Part shown: positions 62,097 through 64,000 of the stretch, piece after piece | Layout of the letters: each line of letters begins with the position of its first letter | How positions within the stretch are numbered: the stretch's first letter is position 1 | Assembly (NCBI GenBank): GCA_963695545.1 | Contig: OY968796.1 | Coordinates: forward strand, 928,001 to 992,000 | Length of the DNA stretch: 64,000 nucleotides | Origin: Terriglobia bacterium | GTDB taxonomy: Bacteria > Acidobacteriota > Terriglobia > Acidiferrales > UBA7541 | Direction: 5' to 3' | Notes under the pieces: model-generated | Database searches by the model: none | The model's input: only the letters and a program-made list of their open reading frames with translations | What the model was told of the DNA's origin: nothing | Program-made: the position numbers and the translations under genes

Positions 62097-63734
62097 CTAC
62101 TTCCCCGCTTCCACCACAGCAACCGCGAAAGGTTCCAGCGTGAGGCGGTTGGACGTCAATTGTGCCGTGCTCGCCGCGGCGCCCGTAGAGGCGCTGATCG
62201 AAGTTACCTCGGCCCCGGCAAACTCCGCCGGCAATTCCACTTCCATCTGGCGCTGACGTTTGTTCACAATCAGCATTTTGCGCAAGCCGCCGCGCACAAA
62301 TGCCTGGGCATCGATATCTGTGTTGCCGGGAAATCGGGTGCTCACCAGCGTGTCACCAGCGGAGAAATGATCGTGAATCAACCGCAGCACCGTGAAACGC
62401 GCGTTGGGTTTTCCCGTAGCCCAATCGAGCATGGTCACGCTTGGAAACTGCGAAGGGAATCCGACCAGCTGCGATTCCCCGATCACGTCAATCCCGAGTT
62501 TCACCGTCTCGATATAGACGTACGTGTAGAGACACGCGGAGGCGTTCCAATACGCGTCAGGTATCGGTGGATCCGGCGCGTAGGGCGTGTCCGGATGCCA
62601 ATCCGTCGGCAAGATCGTGCCGATTTCGTCCAGCGTTGTCTGCGTCTCGGGCGATAATCGCTTGCGAATGGCCTCAATGTAGCGGACGTTTGAAATGAAA
62701 CGATCGGCCTGGTCAAATAACGTATATTGCCAGGCCTCCATGGGCTGACCTTTGGTCGGCTTCGCATAGAAATGATACGAAATCATATCCAGCGGGATGC
62801 CGGGCTTGTGATTGGCGTGATTCAGGAAATATTCAAACATCTCCGGATGGTATTCCGGATAGGCCAACGCGAGGCCGACAAACTTCATATGTGGATTCTG
62901 CGCCCGGATCGCTTCGACGATCGCGTCATAGCGCACCGTGTATTGCTCGGCGCTTGTGCCATGTTCGATGTCCGGCTCGTTTAAAACTTCCCAGTGCGAG
63001 ATCTCGAAATGATGGCCGGAGGAATGGAATTTGCCGTTCTCGTCCGTGAAACCTCCGTTTGTGTACCAGTTCACCAGACGCGCGTAGTAGTCCGCGACGT
63101 GGCGGCCGGTTGGATCCTGTAGCTCGTTTCCTTGCGTGTATTGCCAATCGACTTGATTCGGATCCGCCGGAATTTCAACAGGCTTATCCGCCTTGAAAAG
63201 CCACGCCGGAGCGGTGCTGAAATTCAGAATCACGGGATGCCCCGCAGTGGCTTGCAAGAAATCGAGCGTCATCGGATCGATCACGCTGAAATCCCACGAT
63301 GTGTGGTCGCTTGTCGGCGGCGCAAGTTCTGCGACGGCCAGCCTGGGATAGGGCGTCCAAGGAACGTATCGGACGAAATCGGCGCCTAGATCTTTCAGAT
63401 TTCCGAACACTGCGTCGTGAATCGGAGAGCCGTCGCGGAGAAGAGGATTTACGACCACTTGCAGCGTCGGCGTGCTTTTTGACGTTCCGGTCACATTATT
63501 CCAATCCACTTCGATCTTTACAGAATCCTGCTCTTGCGCGGCAAAGGCGCCGGCCGGAAAGGTCAGAACCATCAGGAGCAAGCAAAAGACCAGCAGTTTG
63601 GGATCGCGCCGAATGGGCTTCCCCCATGACGCAAAACGCGAAGCTGAGCGCGGGGGAAAACGCCTCGTTCGACACAGAAAAGCGACGGACGGTTCGCTGC
63701 GATCACCGGAAAGCCGCTCGGCAGGCTGGTGCAT
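62097..63734 (-). CDS. GH39-like (clan GH-A) glycoside hydrolase, exported; true start probably downstream of 63734
   Basis: WDFS..D, WEVLNEPD (acid/base), DMISYHFY, LDEIG (nucleophile-like); signal-like LLVFCLLLMVLTFPAGAFA. Confidence 0.7.
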   Translation of the reverse strand: MHQPAERLSGDRSEPSVAFLCRTRRFPPRSASRFASWGKPIRRDPKLLVFCLLLMVLTFPAGAFAAQEQDSVKIEVDWNNVTGTSKSTPTLQVVVNPLLRDGSPIHDAVFGNLKDLGADFVRYVPWTPYPRLAVAELAPPTSDHTSWDFSVIDPMTLDFLQATAGHPVILNFSTAPAWLFKADKPVEIPADPNQVDWQYTQGNELQDPTGRHVADYYARLVNWYTNGGFTDENGKFHSSGHHFEISHWEVLNEPDIEHGTSAEQYTVRYDAIVEAIRAQNPHMKFVGLALAYPEYHPEMFEYFLNHANHKPGIPLDMISYHFYAKPTKGQPMEAWQYTLFDQADRFISNVRYIEAIRKRLSPETQTTLDEIGTILPTDWHPDTPYAPDPPIPDAYWNASACLYTYVYIETVKLGIDVIGESQLVGFPSQFPSVTMLDWATGKPNARFTVLRLIHDHFSAGDTLVSTRFPGNTDIDAQAFVRGGLRKMLIVNKRQRQMEVELPAEFAGAEVTSISASTGAAASTAQLTSNRLTLEPFAVAVVEAGK

Positions 63735-63748
63735 TACGGTCGAGGCAT

Positions 63749-63784
63749 ACTATATTCCCAGTGGAAACCATTGCAATAGGGACT
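63749..63784. promoter_or_regulatory. Tandem operator sites overlapping the GH39 promoter in a divergent gap
   Basis: ATTCCCAGTGGAAAC (63754-63768) and ATTGCAATAGGGACT (63770-63784); minus strand TTGCAA-16-TATAGT. Confidence 0.6.
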
Positions 63785-63912
63785 TAGGCCTCTGGCCTCG
63801 GTCGCACGCGCGATCGGGCGCATTTTCAGGCACTTCTAGCCGTTCGATGGGCTCCTGCGGCTTTGGCTCGAAGCCTCAAGTAATCGCGCCGCTCGCAGGG
63901 AGGACATTAGCC

Positions 63913-64000
63913 ATGCCTTCAGATATGTCGCGATTGCGCATCGGACTTTTTTCTATCGGTCTCGATGCGTACTGGCCACAGTTCGCCGGGCTGAAGCAGC
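63913..64000 (+). CDS. 5' end of a probable L-arabinose/L-fucose isomerase-family protein; runs off the window
   Basis: Not in track. RBS GGAGG, then MPSDMSRLRIGLFSIGLDAYWPQFAGLKQ; IGL.AYWPQF.GL is an N-terminal motif I recall from this family; only 29 codons visible. Confidence 0.6.
   Translation, partial: MPSDMSRLRIGLFSIGLDAYWPQFAGLKQ

Noticed and set aside
1..64000. tRNA, rRNA, integrase, transposase or defence systems
   Set aside because: None recognised by eye; tRNAscan-SE, Infernal and ISEScan would be needed to exclude small or degenerate elements.

Overview
GC-rich (~60% by eye) bacterial DNA. The gene content (Oar-type TonB receptor, MCE-OmpA fusion, many single-domain response regulators) suggests Acidobacteriota; this is an inference. 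Two blocks meet at a deletion scar near 22.1-22.5 kb. Block 1 (1-22 kb) is a stress/signalling region: MFS exporter, SnoaL, DoxX, peroxiredoxin-like protein, SDR, REC-REC-PAS-GGDEF cyclase, Mla/MCE ABC system, a soluble 2105-aa poly-HAMP hybrid kinase with partner kinase and REC proteins, beta-carbonic anhydrase and MPG glycosylase. Block 2 (22.5-64 kb, continuing past the window) is a >41 kb glycan-utilisation locus with a TonB receptor and GH42, GH137-like, GH29, two GH78, GH127/146 and GH39-like hydrolases. It holds three catabolic modules: (a) split transketolase + FGGY kinase + ABC importer + fucose-isomerase-family enzyme, resembling the D-apiose pathway; (b) RuBisCO-like protein + DUF1537 kinase + racemase-like protein + MFS, with no apionate oxidoisomerase in the window; (c) CoA-transferase + MaoC + two signal-less SBP-fold proteins + RhaT + dehydrogenase. 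A 15-bp operator-like motif recurs at five promoters, linking (a), (b), the TonB receptor and several hydrolases. Best hypothesis (inference): a locus for rhamnogalacturonan-II side chain B that may encode catabolic routes for aceric acid and 2-O-methyl sugars, which to my knowledge are undescribed. No rRNA, tRNA, CRISPR array or intact mobile element was recognised. All family calls come from reading motifs, not from database searches.
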